NCBI GenBank assembly: GCA_964016885.1
Contig: OZ024747.1
Location: 36,642,001-36,706,000 of the forward strand
Source of the DNA: Eledone cirrhosa
Taxonomy: Eukaryota
Length of the DNA: 64,000 nucleotides
Reading direction: 5' to 3'
Within the stretch, counting starts at the first letter, position 1; every line of letters starts with the position of its first letter. Below, piece after piece: positions 25,677 through 39,099 of the stretch. The notes under the pieces were generated by a model. It ran no database searches, was not told where the DNA came from, and worked only from the letters and a program-made list of their open reading frames with translations. The translations under genes were made by a program, and so were the position numbers.

Positions 25677-27961
25677 GAAAATTTTAGTAAGTAAGTAAAT
25701 TTTCATAATTCTCTTATTTTACGTCTTTCATATAATTGTTCTGCATCCCCTTGCATTGAACTACAAAGTTACTAAGACTAAACCTATATATTTGCTAGCA
25801 TAGGTATGCATCTGTTTACATATGTTGGTAGATATACTAATTCTTTATAATTATCTCCAAATTATTTGTTGAGTAAAAATTTGCCGAAATTACTACTATG
25901 GTTCATGGTAGTGGTCAGGCCCTTGACTTTATAACATCCCACTCCTCACTGATTAACCTCAGTGTCACGTGATTGATACTTTCGAATTTGCCACTGACCA
26001 AGTAGGCAGTGAATTTTTTCAATGTCCTGGAATTTAGTCCCCGCTCGCTTTTTTCCATCCATTGAATTATTTTTATACGAGTTCCTCGTATGACGTAACG
26101 TATGTAAATCTATCTTTATTTCTAATAATTATATAACTATGAAAAATAGAATTTCTAAAAATAGAGCAAAGATTTATGTATAAGGTGGTTAGAATCATGT
26201 AGTTCACACAGTAAACCTATAAATGTTTCCTATGAAACTAAATTTATTGGCTTATCTAATTTTGTACTACTTTTACTTGTGTCCGTAATTTATTATGGTG
26301 CCATATCTTCAATCTCTTTGTTTTGATGTGGTATTTTGATTGTTAAAACTGGTTGAGTTATGTATAAAATGGTTTACAAGAGTTCGAACAATGTTGGTTC
26401 TTCTTTACTTTTACGCTTTTGGCGTCAAGAATATTGGTACTGAATATAAAATATAACACACCAAGTATGTTTTTAATACTCAGCTTTTCTTTAATGAAAT
26501 GTTTCCAACCATAACCATCCTGTTTTCTCTTGCATTATCTTCTTGGGAATACATTATATGCCTTTTGTCCTTTCTTTTAAAATTCAATCTTCAATCCCAA
26601 GCAAGTATAATCTCCCCAGTCAATTCCCTACTATCCTAAAGATACAGTGGTAAGCTGACTATGAAGGAGTTATTTTCGTGCTGTGAAATATTGCATGCAT
26701 TAATTTCAACTCTTCCTATTAATAACTGCTTTTCTTTCTCTCCGGGTGCTATGTTGAAACATAAACCACGTTTGGTCTTTTCCTGAGGGTATTTAGTCAT
26801 TATTTGAACTTTTCAGCCGAACAACGTATTTTATTTATGGGCAATAGGTAGATAGAATCGATAAAACCTCGGCTCTTAAGTAAAGGTATACTTGCTTATT
26901 CACAAGAGGTATGAGTCAAAGAATGTTGTATTATTCATGCCCTATATATACCCCTGATAGAATCAAGCCTTAAAATCGGAAAATGTTAAATGTCCGGTTG
27001 ATGGAGGTTTGTGTGGTCACGAATGCAAAAGATTAACGTTATTAATTATGTTCTATGTTCTTTAGGGCTCAGGTAGCGAAAATGTAAAACGGCAAAATGT
27101 AGATACCCACATTTTAAAATTCCGAATATTTTATGATTTTACCTAACTAGAAATTAAAGTAAGATAGATAAGTATTTTGAACCTGACTGATATCAACAAC
27201 ACACGTAACTATTCTCATCGTACCTCAATCCAGCTGAAAATAGACAAATTAACTACATGAAATTAATAGTTTCCCTTCTTTATTTATTCCCTCGCACGTA
27301 TGACTTTCAGCTAGCTTCAAACATCGAAGGGAAATATTAGAAGGCAGAAATAATGTAATCCACTCCAGACAATAACCTGAGTGATCAACAACGCATAATT
27401 ATATATTTTATCTAATGTAAATGTAGATATCACTTTCACATTATGGATGCAAAGGAAACTACCGCATTTATATTTTGTAGCGCAAATAAAAATATATAAC
27501 AACATAATGTATTATTCGAATGTTATTATACAATATATGACACACGATATATTTCCTCTAATTAAGCCCTGCTGTTGTTATCTCTTTTGGCTCAGTAACA
27601 GATTAGTCCTAATCATGTATACGTAAGTTCAAATGCTTTCACATTCCATATAGAATTTGTTTTTCGTATCGTTAGGATCGACAACATGAGGTTAAGCAAA
27701 TTCAGTTTGATTCTCTCATTGTTTACTAATTTGAGTATAAACCATCTTCCAAGACAAATTGCTGACTCTCTATTATTTCACATACTAGAACTAGAAGGTC
27801 AAAATTATTGCATGGATATTATATGTTTATGTTTCTTTATTTCATTTAACGTATTGAACAATTGCGTGAAGTAATAGCATTGTTACAATATAATTTCAAA
27901 GTAAAAAAAAGTATGTCACAAAATTAATTCTACTCCAAATAAATCAGTAAAATTCCTAATT

Positions 27962-28024
<63 letters not shown>

Positions 28025-28049
28025 TATATATATATATATATATATATAC

Positions 28050-28110
<61 letters not shown>

Positions 28111-28112
<2 letters not shown>

Positions 28113-28830
28113 GAAAAGTAAATAACAAAAACAAGGAGTACAGTTACGAAAGGTATTAGGTTCGTGCTTGAGAGTGGGGGGTGGGGGATGACATTTCGGC
28201 CATAGGCCCTTCATCGGGAGAAAGGGACGAAGGAGAGCAGTTCCGAGAGGGTGTCAGAGATGAGTGGTGGAAAAACATTAAAATAACAGGAAAAAAGTTA
28301 AAATGTAGGGAGGAGAAAGATTAAAATAAAAATAACACAAGTGTGAGACAATAAGTTGAAAACAAGTGGTGAAATGGTATGAAGCGTGTAGAGGTCGTTG
28401 TGGGTGAATGGATGGGGAGAGAGAGGGGAGAAGTAAATTGGGAGTCCGAGCCGGAAGGCTGGAAGGTGGTGTGTGTGTGTAGATGTACGTGTGTGTGTGT
28501 ATGCGTAGATGTGAGTGTGAGGGTTTGGAGAGGAACGAGGTTCCATGCTCGGGTATTAGGAAAATCAGTGTGTACATGGGGTGGAGTGTAAGTCTGTGTG
28601 TGTGTGTGTGCGTGTGGATGGAGAGGAGTCGAAGGTGTGGGGGAGAGAGAGCCTGTGTAGTCCGGAGGTAGAGTGGGTGTATGTGAGGATACGCACGTGT
28701 GTGTGTGTTTTTGTGTGGTGGAGATATGTGGGAATGTATGGTTGCGTGTGTGCGAAAATGGTGTATGTGTCTGTGTGTGTGTGTTCCTGAAAGGTTTTTC
28801 GGTGAGTGTTTGGAGAGATGGTGAAAATAT
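28111..28830 (-). mobile_element. GT-rich 3' UTR/pLTR fragment related to the 31.6-33.8 kb PLE
   Basis: 28260-28700 resembles 31650-32150; HHR-like CCGATGA-agggcctatggcc-GAAATGTC at 28188-28220 (stem I not evident). Confidence 0.6.
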
Positions 28831-28835
28831 ACATA

Positions 28836-28878
<43 letters not shown>

Positions 28879-28880
<2 letters not shown>

Positions 28881-30635
28881 TAACTGCAGTACCCGGTAAT
28901 ACCCTGGAAAAGTGGGGTTATTCGCAGTTCGCAGAGTGCGCCTAAAAGTGTTAGCGACCGTGGGTGCCCATACTGGATTTTCAATAGCAACCTTTGATTA
29001 GGTGTGTTTATGGCAGATCAATTTTTGTGCTGAACTATCAATAGCTGTTTAAGTCATAATCCCTTCTTCCACCCAGCCTTCTTCATTCAGAGTGAATAAG
29101 CCGTGGAAGTTTGAGCTTGAAGAGTATCGAACTTATTCAACAGACTTATGTATAAGAATAGCAAACTTACTGCCTTAGCGCTCAAGAACAAACACAGAGC
29201 AATTCAGGAAGTCATCGCAATTATTGAAGAAATTATAACCGATTGAACATATTTAGGTACTGTTCAAGCACCCTGTATATCACAGTTTGTAAAGCCCTTC
29301 GAATGACTGAAGCAATTGAAGAAAACCATCCCGTCTTCCCCCTATAGTAAACGTAACCAGAGAAAACACACGATAATAAGTCGGATAAACATCCGAAGTG
29401 TTGGCCCTAAAGAGGTCCTTGTAACGTTCACTGTTGCAAAGTGTCAATAATGGGGGAGAAGTTACATCTTCTTAATTCATGTTAATCTTACGACGATCTG
29501 ACACCTCGAAATATCGACAAAATAAATTCTACACTCTAAGACGGCATGTTACAATTAACATGTCGGATGTACGAATATTCGTCAACATGGGATTTAGGTT
29601 TTATTCTCCGGACTAATCTCAGGGTAAGTTAACTTCCAGGTCATTGATCTTAACACGTTTTTGTAACTTATCACCACTTCCTACAGTTGACCTTATTGTG
29701 ACCTAAGCGTGTACACATGTTCAGAATCCATACCAGTAGATGTGATATATATATATATATAAAATGTCAGCGAGATCGTATTTCGGTGACAGGCAAAACA
29801 AAACGAAACGCAAATTTTGAGATATGCCGGCAAGCGCTCAATGGACTAGGAGCAATTGCCAGAGCAATTAACATACGTTATAAGGGCCAGACACATTATA
29901 AAAATGACTGAGAATTGACAAGCCAGGGAGACGAAAACATGAACAAGCTAAACAGGTTAACAAAAATCTTTTACCTGGACTTTCCTGGAACTTGGTGGTA
30001 AAATCCAGTGGGAGGTTTCTGTGAGTATAAATCAAGTATACTGTCTGCTTTCTTTTGTAATCTTTTGGTATAATGATTGAACAAGGGAGACACTTTGTCA
30101 ACAGGTTTTTGCTCTCAACCGCCTACCAGGTTCAAATGAAGCATTAGTGAAGCCACTACCTCACGTGGTTACCCTGCAAGTGAGGTAACCCCTGTTTTTG
30201 GCGGCTGCATTCAAAATGTGTAAAGGAATTTCAAAAAATTGATGTATGTATATACAGAGACATCTGTTCTGTCGTGAACCAAAATTTGATTGTCGTCTGC
30301 TTTGTTTGAAATTTCTTTATGTATATTTCTAATAAATTGTTGCCTCCTTTTGGAGGACTGTGTTGTGGGAGGAGGAAGAGGCGTAGTGGGAGGGAGGGTG
30401 TAACATAGAGTAGTAATATGTCCTCTTCCCCCTCTCTCACTGAAACATCTTCTCTTTCCTCCTCCATTGTAAAGATGTCCCCAGGAGTTCCATTATTGAT
30501 TTTTATTGAAATCCAATTAACCAGTCCTGTTTCTGAATATTAGCTTAAAATGTGTGTAAATTGTTATCAGGATCAGATCAGAGGTGGTGGCGCCAACTGG
30601 TTGTACACAGACAGACAGAAGTTGCCATTTATATA
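28879..30635 (+). mobile_element. Possible Helitron/Helentron-derived remnant
   Basis: 5' ctaactgcagtacccgg.., 3' (GACA)n..ttttatata; LALKNKH..TYLGT near 29175-29260 resembles a Helitron helicase ILAPKN..TYLS motif; a second similar 5' end at 30638. Confidence 0.35.
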
Positions 30636-31482
30636 ATACTAGCATTTAAGCCCGGCGTTGCTCGTAATAATATATGTATTAATATATGTATTATCATGCC
30701 TCTTCCTACTAGCACTTAACTATACCTCCCACACTCTGTGATATAATAACAATCGCTTGGTATATGCGATGGCCAGCAGGCGAGTGTGGCTCCGCGCTGG
30801 CACAACCGATTCCTAACACAGCTACATTCCTGGAGTACTTGGAAAAACTAATTTCTATTTCTTTCGCTAGAAGATATTACTCGGAACAGCTGACGGGTGG
30901 ATAGCGCAGGACCCTAGTTGTCGATAGTTATTGACCGCTAGCACGGGCATATGTTTTACTATATATAACACCCTGACAATTTATCGTGACTATATATATC
31001 ACACTTAAACTTCTTCATAAAATCCTCCTTATGTTAATTGTCACATTCTCTGTATATCAATTACACACACTCTATATTTCTCACTCTCTCTGTCAATCTC
31101 TCTGATTTTCATTCTCCTACATTCTCTCTCCCTGTTTTACTCTCTCTGTCAAGTTCTATCTCTCTTTCATTCACACCCACTCTCTCCCTTTTTAATCTTT
31201 ATGTCTGTTTGTCCTTGAAAAAACATATTTCGCGGCAATATCGAGCATGCCTGACCAGCCTGATTGACGCGTGACCTCAGCGTTGACCCTTTCATCTGAC
31301 GGGATGGTGGTAGTACATTAAATACTTACGCCCCCCACACCATAAGGTAGTATCTTAAACCAATTATCAGCTCTCCAAGGCGGTCGACGTAGATACAAGT
31401 CGCTAAAATACCGACCACCCTCTTGTCACTGATTTAAACACCATAGATTTTTATCTGATATACTCCTTCGTTATATTTTGAA

Positions 31483-31540
31483 TTACCTGATGATGTCACC
31501 GGATTCATACTGAACCCGGTCTTTGAAATGATCATGGTAA
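31483..31540 (+). ncRNA. HHR-like motif, probably inactive
   Basis: ttac-CTGATGA-..accgg..ccggt..-GAAA-tgatca-TG-gtaa; G at the cleavage position. Confidence 0.5.
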
Positions 31541-31580
31541 AATAACCCTTTCAAGGATTTACACCAGAACATGCCTCCTG

Positions 31581-31629
<49 letters not shown>

Positions 31630-31633
<4 letters not shown>

Positions 31634-32469
31634 GGAACAGAGTTCAAAAGGTGTGTAGGGGAGTGGTGGAGAGACATATAGCGAAAGGAAACGGTGCGAA
31701 TGAAAAATTAACAAATAAAGACAAAAATATAATAAATAATAAATAAAAATAAAGCATGATCAAAATACAAGGAATGAGAAAATTTAAAAATAAAGGCATG
31801 ATCAAAATAAACTGAAATTAAAAGGGGGGTAAACAGGTGGTGGAAGGGTGTGGGGTGAGTAGGGGTGGTGGCGGGTGGAGTGGGGAGAGGGAGACGGGGT
31901 GTCCGAGCGGGGAGGGCTGAAGGTGGTGTGTGTGGTTAGTTTACGTGTGTGTGTGTGTGTGTGTGTATGTGAAAGTGAGGGTTGGGGGAAGAACGGGGTT
32001 GCATGTTCAGGAAGGTGTGTGGGGGGTGTTTTTGTGGGTCGGAGGGTCTGCGCGTGTGTGGATAGGGGGGTGGGGGAGAGGAATCAGGAGGCTGAGGGTG
32101 TAAATATATGGTGGGAAGCACGTGTGTGTGGTTTAAGCGTGTTGTGGGTGTGGGTGGCGTGTGGATAACAAAAATTGTTTGGGGTGTGTGTGTGGGTGAG
32201 TTATATAGGTGATGGTGTAAGAGGATGGTTGAAAAGTTGGTAAGTTACACGGATGTTTGGAGATTTTGGTTAGAAGTCAATAACGCGTGTGGGTAATCCA
32301 AGAAGCGGTGGTCGGAAGAGGAGAGATGTGGGGTGCGCGCGCAACAGGAAGTGGTCAGCAGTGGAAGTGCAGTGGTCAGTTGGTGCTGAGACAGTGGTCG
32401 GAAGGGCATAGCAGCAGTCGGCGGAATGGTAGGGAGGCGAGGATGGGTAGGTGTGAGAGTTGGAGTGAG

Positions 32470-32503
<34 letters not shown>

Positions 32504-33822
32504 TAGTAGGGGTGTTAGTGGGATGAGTGAGTGTGGAGCGGGAGAGAAGGGTGTGTGTGGTTCTATGGAGGGAGTGTGGTGTACTGGTGTGTGTGTAGTT
32601 TGGTGAAGAGGTGTTAGTGGGTGTTAGTATACGGGAGGTGGGGAGGGGTGGAATGCAGGTGTGAGTGGGGGTTAGTGGGGGTAGGGTGTGTAGAGTTGGT
32701 GGTGTACGAGGGTGTGTGGGTACGTGTGCGTGGGGTTGGAGGGTGTTAGTGATGTTAGTTGCGTGTGGGGTGGGTGGTGTAAGTGGGTGCGTGTGATAAG
32801 GAGGGGGAGGAGGAGAAGAGGGGAGGGAAGGGATGTTAGTATGTTAGTTGGGGAAGGGTGGTCAGATGAGGGGTGCAGTGGAGGTGTTAGTATTGTTAGT
32901 GTGGGGTGGGCGGTGAAAAGGAGGGGTGTGTTAGTGGTGTTAGTGGGGGATAAGTGTGGGGGAGGGGGGCGGTCGAACGCTAAAGGAATAAGGGTGGGGA
33001 GTTCAGGCCGGGCGGAGTGTGGGTCTGTAAGATGAAGATAGTGCATTGTTCGACCGTAAGGCGATGGGCGGGTGTTCCGTGGCACTGGAGTAGGCCACAG
33101 ACTGTGAGATGGCGTGCGGAGTGTCCAGGGCCACCAAAATGGCGGGCGATGGGGGAACTGCCCCCGAGACGAATATCACGGAGGTGCTCCGTGACTCGGT
33201 CCGCCAGGCGACGTCCCGTCTGTCCGACATAAGTCGCGCTGCACTCCGTGCAACGAAGTCCGTAGACTAGGTTGGAGGAGGTGCAGCGGAAGGCATGCCG
33301 GACCGAGAGAGGGTGGCCGTTGGGACCCTGGAAGGTGGTGGTGTTGGTGATGTGGGGACAGGTGTTGCAGCGGGGCCTAGAACAGGGGAAGGAACCGGGG
33401 GGGGAACGGATCGTGGGTTGGGGGTAGGGAGCTGTGGACGAGGAGGGTGCGGAGATTGCGTGCGCGTTTGAAGGAGGGGAGTGGTGGGTTGGGAAGATGT
33501 GGGAGGTGGAGGGGTCGGACTGAAGGTAAGAGTGGGAGTCGGTGGGTTTGAAGAAGGCGGAGGTGACGAGGGAGTGGTGGGAGGGGTCGAAGGCGACGGA
33601 GATGTCCAAGAAGTGGACGTGGGTGGTGGAGATAGAGGTGGTGAAGTGGAGGGAGGGGTGGAAGGAGCAGAAGAAGGAGAGAAAGGAGTCGAGCTGCACT
33701 CGGGTGAGGGTCGTGGCTCCGATACAGTCGTCAATGTAACGACCGTACAGTTCGGGCGTGGGGCCGGTGTACTGGGCAAAGATTTGGGCCTCAACATGGC
33801 CAACAAAAAGGTTGGCATAGTT
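31630..33822 (-). mobile_element. 5'-truncated Neptune-like Penelope element with C-rich sense strand
   Basis: RT/EN ORF plus long GT-rich 3' region; microsatellites at both ends. Confidence 0.88.
32980..33822 (-). CDS. PLE RT (YIDD)-GIY-YIG fragment with internal deletion
   Basis: NYANLFVG..YGRYIDDC..FHPSLHFT..HFLD..KPTDSHSYL / CSRPRCNTC..NLVYGLRCTECSATYVGQTGRRLADRVTEH. Confidence 0.85.
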   Translation of the reverse strand, partial: NYANLFVGHVEAQIFAQYTGPTPELYGRYIDDCIGATTLTRVQLDSFLSFFCSFHPSLHFTTSISTTHVHFLDISVAFDPSHHSLVTSAFFKPTDSHSYLQSDPSTSHIFPTHHSPPSNAHAISAPSSSTAPYPQPTIRSPPGSFPCSRPRCNTCPHITNTTTFQGPNGHPLSVRHAFRCTSSNLVYGLRCTECSATYVGQTGRRLADRVTEHLRDIRLGGSSPIARHFGGPGHSARHLTVCGLLQCHGTPAHRLTVEQCTIFILQTHTPPGLNSPPLFL

Positions 33823-33824
33823 CG

Positions 33825-33858
<34 letters not shown>

Positions 33859-33974
33859 TATTTGTATATATATATATTTATATATAAGTATTGAAGTTTC
33901 CGTTGAAAATTGAAAAAGTCAGAGTACTGAAGTCGAGCACTCTTCAGTCAAAAGGAATTTTAACCAATACCTAC

Positions 33975-34083
33975 ATGGTTAGACATTATTTGGATTACTC
34001 CATCAAGAATATACCAACACCTTCTAACACTTCCTACACTAAAATGTTGATCGACAAAGTAGTAAAAGTTGTAAAAAGAATGA
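33975..34083 (+). pseudogene. N-terminus of a Naiad-like PLE ORF
   Basis: MVRHYLDYSIKNIPTPSNTSYTKMLIDKVVKVVKRM (YSxKNIP...KRM motif, recalled from memory). Confidence 0.6.
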
Positions 34084-34084
34084 C

Positions 34085-34960
34085 ATTAAAGATTTTAAAA
34101 TAAATTTTCTAAACATTCACTGTACTTACTATATGTGCCTTTACCGCGGTTTCATATCCCAAGACAAATAGATAATCCAGGTGGATTTCCATTGAGAAAT
34201 AGATCCTCGTCAGAAGGCTTTTCGCTCTCGGAGAATATAAGATTCCCGAGTTCAAAATACAAACTGGCGCCATACAAAACTGCCCCAACGAATGAATGAT
34301 GAAACAATTTTGTCTAGCACCGTGTGCAAAGACTGAAAGCAAGGTGGACAGGTCAATCTCTCGCTACTAAAAATAGCAGCCGTTCAAATGACCAAAGGTT
34401 TCTCTACCGTTGGGGAGAATAATAATAAAAGCATGTGTTCCTACATGCAAATAATACACATATGGATACAAGTATAGTCCGACTATATGCAAGTGTGGTT
34501 CAATGGTAAGTTAATAAATTAACTAGCCAGAACATATAAAATGAAGGGAAAGCAAATAAAGAAAAGATTTTAAAATAAATTTCAAAAGATTCACTGTACT
34601 TACTATATGTGCCTTGTAGGGACACATGATTTTATTATTATTCTCCCCAACGGTAGAGAAAACTTTGGTCATTTGAACGGCTGCTATCTTTAGTAGCGAG
34701 AGATTGACCTGTCCACCTTGCTTTCAGTCTTTACACACGGTACTAGACAAAATTGTTTCATCATTAATTTGTTGGAGCAGTTTTGTAAGTACAGTGAATT
34801 TTTTGAAATTTATTTTTAAATCTTTTCTTTATTTGCTTTCCCTTGATTTTATAAGTTCTGGCTTGTTAATTTATTAACTTGCCATTGAACCACACTTGCA
34901 TACGGTCGGCCTATACATGTATCCCTATGTGTATTATTTACATATAGGAAATCATACTTT

Positions 34961-34965
<5 letters not shown>
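34085..34965. mobile_element. Foldback element with circularly permuted arms
   Basis: 34277-34445 is inverted at 34613-34785; 34445-34602 is inverted at 34785-34950. Confidence 0.75.
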
Positions 34966-34997
<32 letters not shown>

Positions 34998-35039
34998 TTC
35001 AAAATATTAACAAAATAGATATTCTTGTGATCAATTATA

Positions 35040-35102
35040 TTTCATTATACATATTTCTGAGGTACTGAATTAAGTTCAACAGTACGTCCTCGTCGGATAA
35101 AA
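35040..35102 (-). ncRNA. HHR with U4C core
   Basis: tttat-CCGACGA-ggacgtactg..cagtacctca-GAAA-tatgta-TA-atgaa. Confidence 0.6.
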
Positions 35103-36310
35103 TAAAATGATACATGACATAGCCTGACATGGTAGATGGTTAAGATTTAATCAAGGTAGTGATTAACTTATGATAAAACTCAATATTTATACCCTAATAT
35201 TGAGAACATCAGATAACATAATACAAACAATAGAGAGGGTGCGAGTAATATATTTTAAGAAATACATGGTATCAATATAACAGTTATATATAAATGCAAT
35301 ATTGTTTTAATAAAGAATAGAAAACATATCTCTAAAATAATTTAGTGAATGTGATATAAAGAAGCGCTGAATATTTGAAAAAGCTGAAGGTAATCTAAAT
35401 TTAATTAAAATAAAATAAAATAAGTTAAGTTAAATTATATTATATTATTTTATATTGTATTAAGTAAATGATTATATAAGTTCGACCTTCAAGAGAAAAC
35501 CAAACACTTATAATAATATATAGTGTCATTTGAGTGTCTAAATTATTTATAAATGTAACTACAAGTATGTTATTACACTAGATAAAGATATTTGTACAAC
35601 AATATATAGATATAGTTATAGGTATTAATGAAACGGTATACATTTAATAAAAAATGATTATAATCATTGTTAGTAATGCTATAATTGTAGTTTTACCTCC
35701 AGTTCAGTGGAGAGATAGACCATTATTTGTCAGCTATTATGGTTTGTTAAATTTATACCTAGATATACATAAAAAAAACAAGTGCAAATCTAATTTTCTG
35801 AGTCCCCAAAAACATACTCAAAATGAGTAAAATATATATATATATATATATAAAATATGCAAACGCATGAATGATCCACAGTTCAAATTATAATCAGTAA
35901 ATTTACAAGTTAGATATCCAAACTATATATTAAAAACAAATACAGAAAAATAAAGATCTGAATCAAAGTTGTAAATATCCAAAAAGTAAAAAAGTCATCA
36001 AACAAGTGTCCTTCATTCAAACATTAATTCTATTATAAATGATTAGAAGATAAAGCAGTATTAAAGTTTTATAAACCGTTATGACTTATATGTTCAACAG
36101 TTGATAATAGACGTCAAAATCAGGCTTGATTGTTTACTGTTTTTTCCGGACTTTTTGCGAGGCTTGGAATGTAGACAAAGCTTTATGAAGGTAGTTTGAG
36201 AATAATTCACTTTTTTTGTTAATTAAGTTTTCATAATTATTAATTATTAATAGGGTCTCCTTTGTACAGAGTTTGCAGTTAATATATATATATATATACA
36301 TATATAATAA

Positions 36311-36418
36311 TAGTTTCTACTTTAGGCACAAGGCCAGCAATTACCCAGTACATTACTGGTACTTTACTTTATCGACCCCGTAAGGATGAAAGGCAAAGTT
36401 AGCCTCGGCGGGATTTAT
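36311..36418 (-). mobile_element. 5'-truncated SINE (same family as 9437)
   Basis: Near-identical reverse complement of 9508-9610. Confidence 0.85.
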
Positions 36419-36765
36419 GTAGAAATAAACACAGTAAATTGTGTGTCTAAAATTATGAGGGTAGAAATACCACATTGGTTTGATAGATTTAACCTAAAGC
36501 ATACGTAAGATATATAATATATATATACAGACCGTATCAATAACTATTTCATCTCTCGGACAGATTATAGATTGAATCTGTTTCGCCCTGAAAATTGTGT
36601 TTGTAACACATAATCCGTAGGATTTCCTCAGCAAGAGATAAGATCAAATGGAACAAACACATGTAACTACAATCCACACGAATGAATATCTCACCTCGTG
36701 CGTTGGAGTATCAATATGAGTTAGTAACTGGGTATTTGATCTCTCTCTCTCTCTCTCTCTCTCTC

Positions 36766-36845
<80 letters not shown>

Positions 36846-36987
36846 TTAATAATAATAAATTTCAAGACTAAAATCCAAGATAGTGGAGTTGTAGCTTTAG
36901 TTATGTTATTGGATATATCCAATAATATATCCAATAATAAAATTAAGGGTATATCAATATTTATTTATAAAACTGATCGATATTATA

Positions 36988-37048
36988 TTTTATCTGATGA
37001 AAGCACACCATACTTTAACTTGGTGTCCTTGAAATATGTATAATGAAA
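36988..37048 (+). ncRNA. HHR in a pLTR-like fragment (36841-37175)
   Basis: tttat-CTGATGA-aagcacacca..tggtgtcctt-GAAA-tatgta-TA-atgaa; degenerate homolog at about 7693-7745. Confidence 0.7.
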
Positions 37049-37176
37049 TAAATATGGTTTTATAAATATAGTTTCCATTTGCTAATATCGTATTTTTACT
37101 CCAAATATTTGTTGAGTGCTTCATATCTGTTATAAAAATATTTTCTTGTATCCCAACAATTTAAATAGAACTTTAC

Positions 37177-37209
<33 letters not shown>

Positions 37210-37231
37210 ACCAAGGTTAACGTATGTTGAT

Positions 37232-37350
37232 ACCCTAAGGACAGACACTGGTCTGTTGGAGACGCAGGACATGGCAGCGATTATGAGGGACAGAGAGCGC
37301 TGGAGAGAACTCGTCCATGGATCTCGGTAATTTTACCCGCTTTAGATAGA
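37232..37350 (+). mobile_element. RTE-type LINE 3' end fragment
   Basis: [28 protein letters not shown] followed by a (TAGA)n tail. Confidence 0.6.
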
Positions 37351-37417
37351 TAGAGATATATATATATAAATATATATATATACAAATATATATATATATA
37401 CAAATATATATATATAT

Positions 37418-37554
<137 letters not shown>

Positions 37555-37565
37555 ATATATATTTT

Positions 37566-37599
<34 letters not shown>

Positions 37600-37816
37600 C
37601 CGCTATAAATTAACGGAGTCCTAGACTCTCGCTATTCCCTGTACGTGTGTGTTATATAGTTATAGAGGTATGTATATACATTTTAATTTATATTTTTAAT
37701 TATTGTGTGTCTACCCTGCCTTTCATAGGTTATAGATTCCATACACTGGTGGTTTTTCCCTATTTTATTGATGGCGTACAATCTCTCTCTGGTGTGTTAC
37801 GGGTTCTCTCTCTCTA

Positions 37817-37897
<81 letters not shown>

Positions 37898-37979
37898 ATA
37901 ATAATAAATTTGAAAACTAAAATCCAAAGAGGGCTCGATAAGGATAAATATATATCAAATATATAAGAACCGTAGAGCA

Positions 37980-38130
37980 AATATTTATTAAAATAACAGA
38001 TTAAAGTTTAAGCAAAGAATCGGTGATTTCACCCTTAACGGGATCTTCTGAAAGAGTTTCAGAAGGCCCCGTTAAGGGTAAAAGCAGCGATTCTTTGGTT
38101 AAACTTTAATCTGTTATTTTAATAAATAAT
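37980..38130. repeat. ~75-bp-arm palindrome centred on a degenerate HHR core
   Basis: atttattaaaataacagattaaagttta..cttctgaaa|gag|tttcagaag..taaactttaatctgttattttaataaat. Confidence 0.8.
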
Positions 38131-38133
38131 TAT

Positions 38134-38165
<32 letters not shown>

Positions 38166-38196
38166 TGTATGTATGTATGTATGTATGTATGTATGT

Positions 38197-38257
<61 letters not shown>

Positions 38258-38260
<3 letters not shown>

Positions 38261-39099
38261 TACAAATATCGGAATTAAGAGTATTCCGCAGTTGACTGTA
38301 ATAATAATAATAGTATTAGCTCAAAGAAGAAATAGAGAATTTCCTTCTGAGCTCAAATGCAACTATATATTACACAAAGAGAAGTGTGTTACACAATGAT
38401 ATGTATGTAAAGAATGATTACGAGTGTTTTTACTGTTACTGTATACAGAACAATATCTACAGGTTAGCAATTAAATAGAAAAAAACAATTCAGAATCAAA
38501 TCTCTGGATTAGAGTTTTAAATCACAAACCTTATATCTATATTTTGCTGATACGAATCTCGCTTCGTTCCACCACCTATATGTGATCTCAGAAGGAAATT
38601 CTCTATTTCTTCTTTGAGCTAATACTATTATTATTATTATTACAGTGAACTGCGGAATACTCTTTATTCCAATCTTTGTATACTTAATGAGCTCCAAATT
38701 GTTGAGCTAATAAATTAGAATAGTTGGGCTGCACTTTCTAGCGTCTTCCCCAATCATTGAGAGCCGTTATTTGATGCAAATATCACGTGATTTCGTCCTA
38801 ATCTGGCCAGCGTGTCTATTAGCAATCTCTCTATCCATGAGGTTAGATGTGTAGTGTTCACTGGTCGTATTTGCTGACTGAGGATCCTGTGACCTGATAC
38901 TTCACATATAGGTGGTGAAACGAAGCGAGATTCGTATCAGCAAAATATAGTTATAAGATTTGTGATTTAAAACTCTAATCCAGAGATTTGATTCTGAATT
39001 GGTTTTTTCTATTTAATTGCTAACCTGTACATATTTTTCTCTATACAGTAACGGTAATTCTTTACACACATCTGACTGTGTAACACACTTCTCTTTGTG

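Larger units (their letters stand above)
24175..26085. mobile_element. Retrozyme-like array: one inverted plus about 2.5 direct ~532-bp non-coding monomers, one HHR per monomer
   Basis: atgcatctgt recurs at 24741, 25274 and 25806; inversion centre near 24738; HHRs at 24344-24423 (-), 25064-25144 (+) and 25596-25676 (+). Confidence 0.9.
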
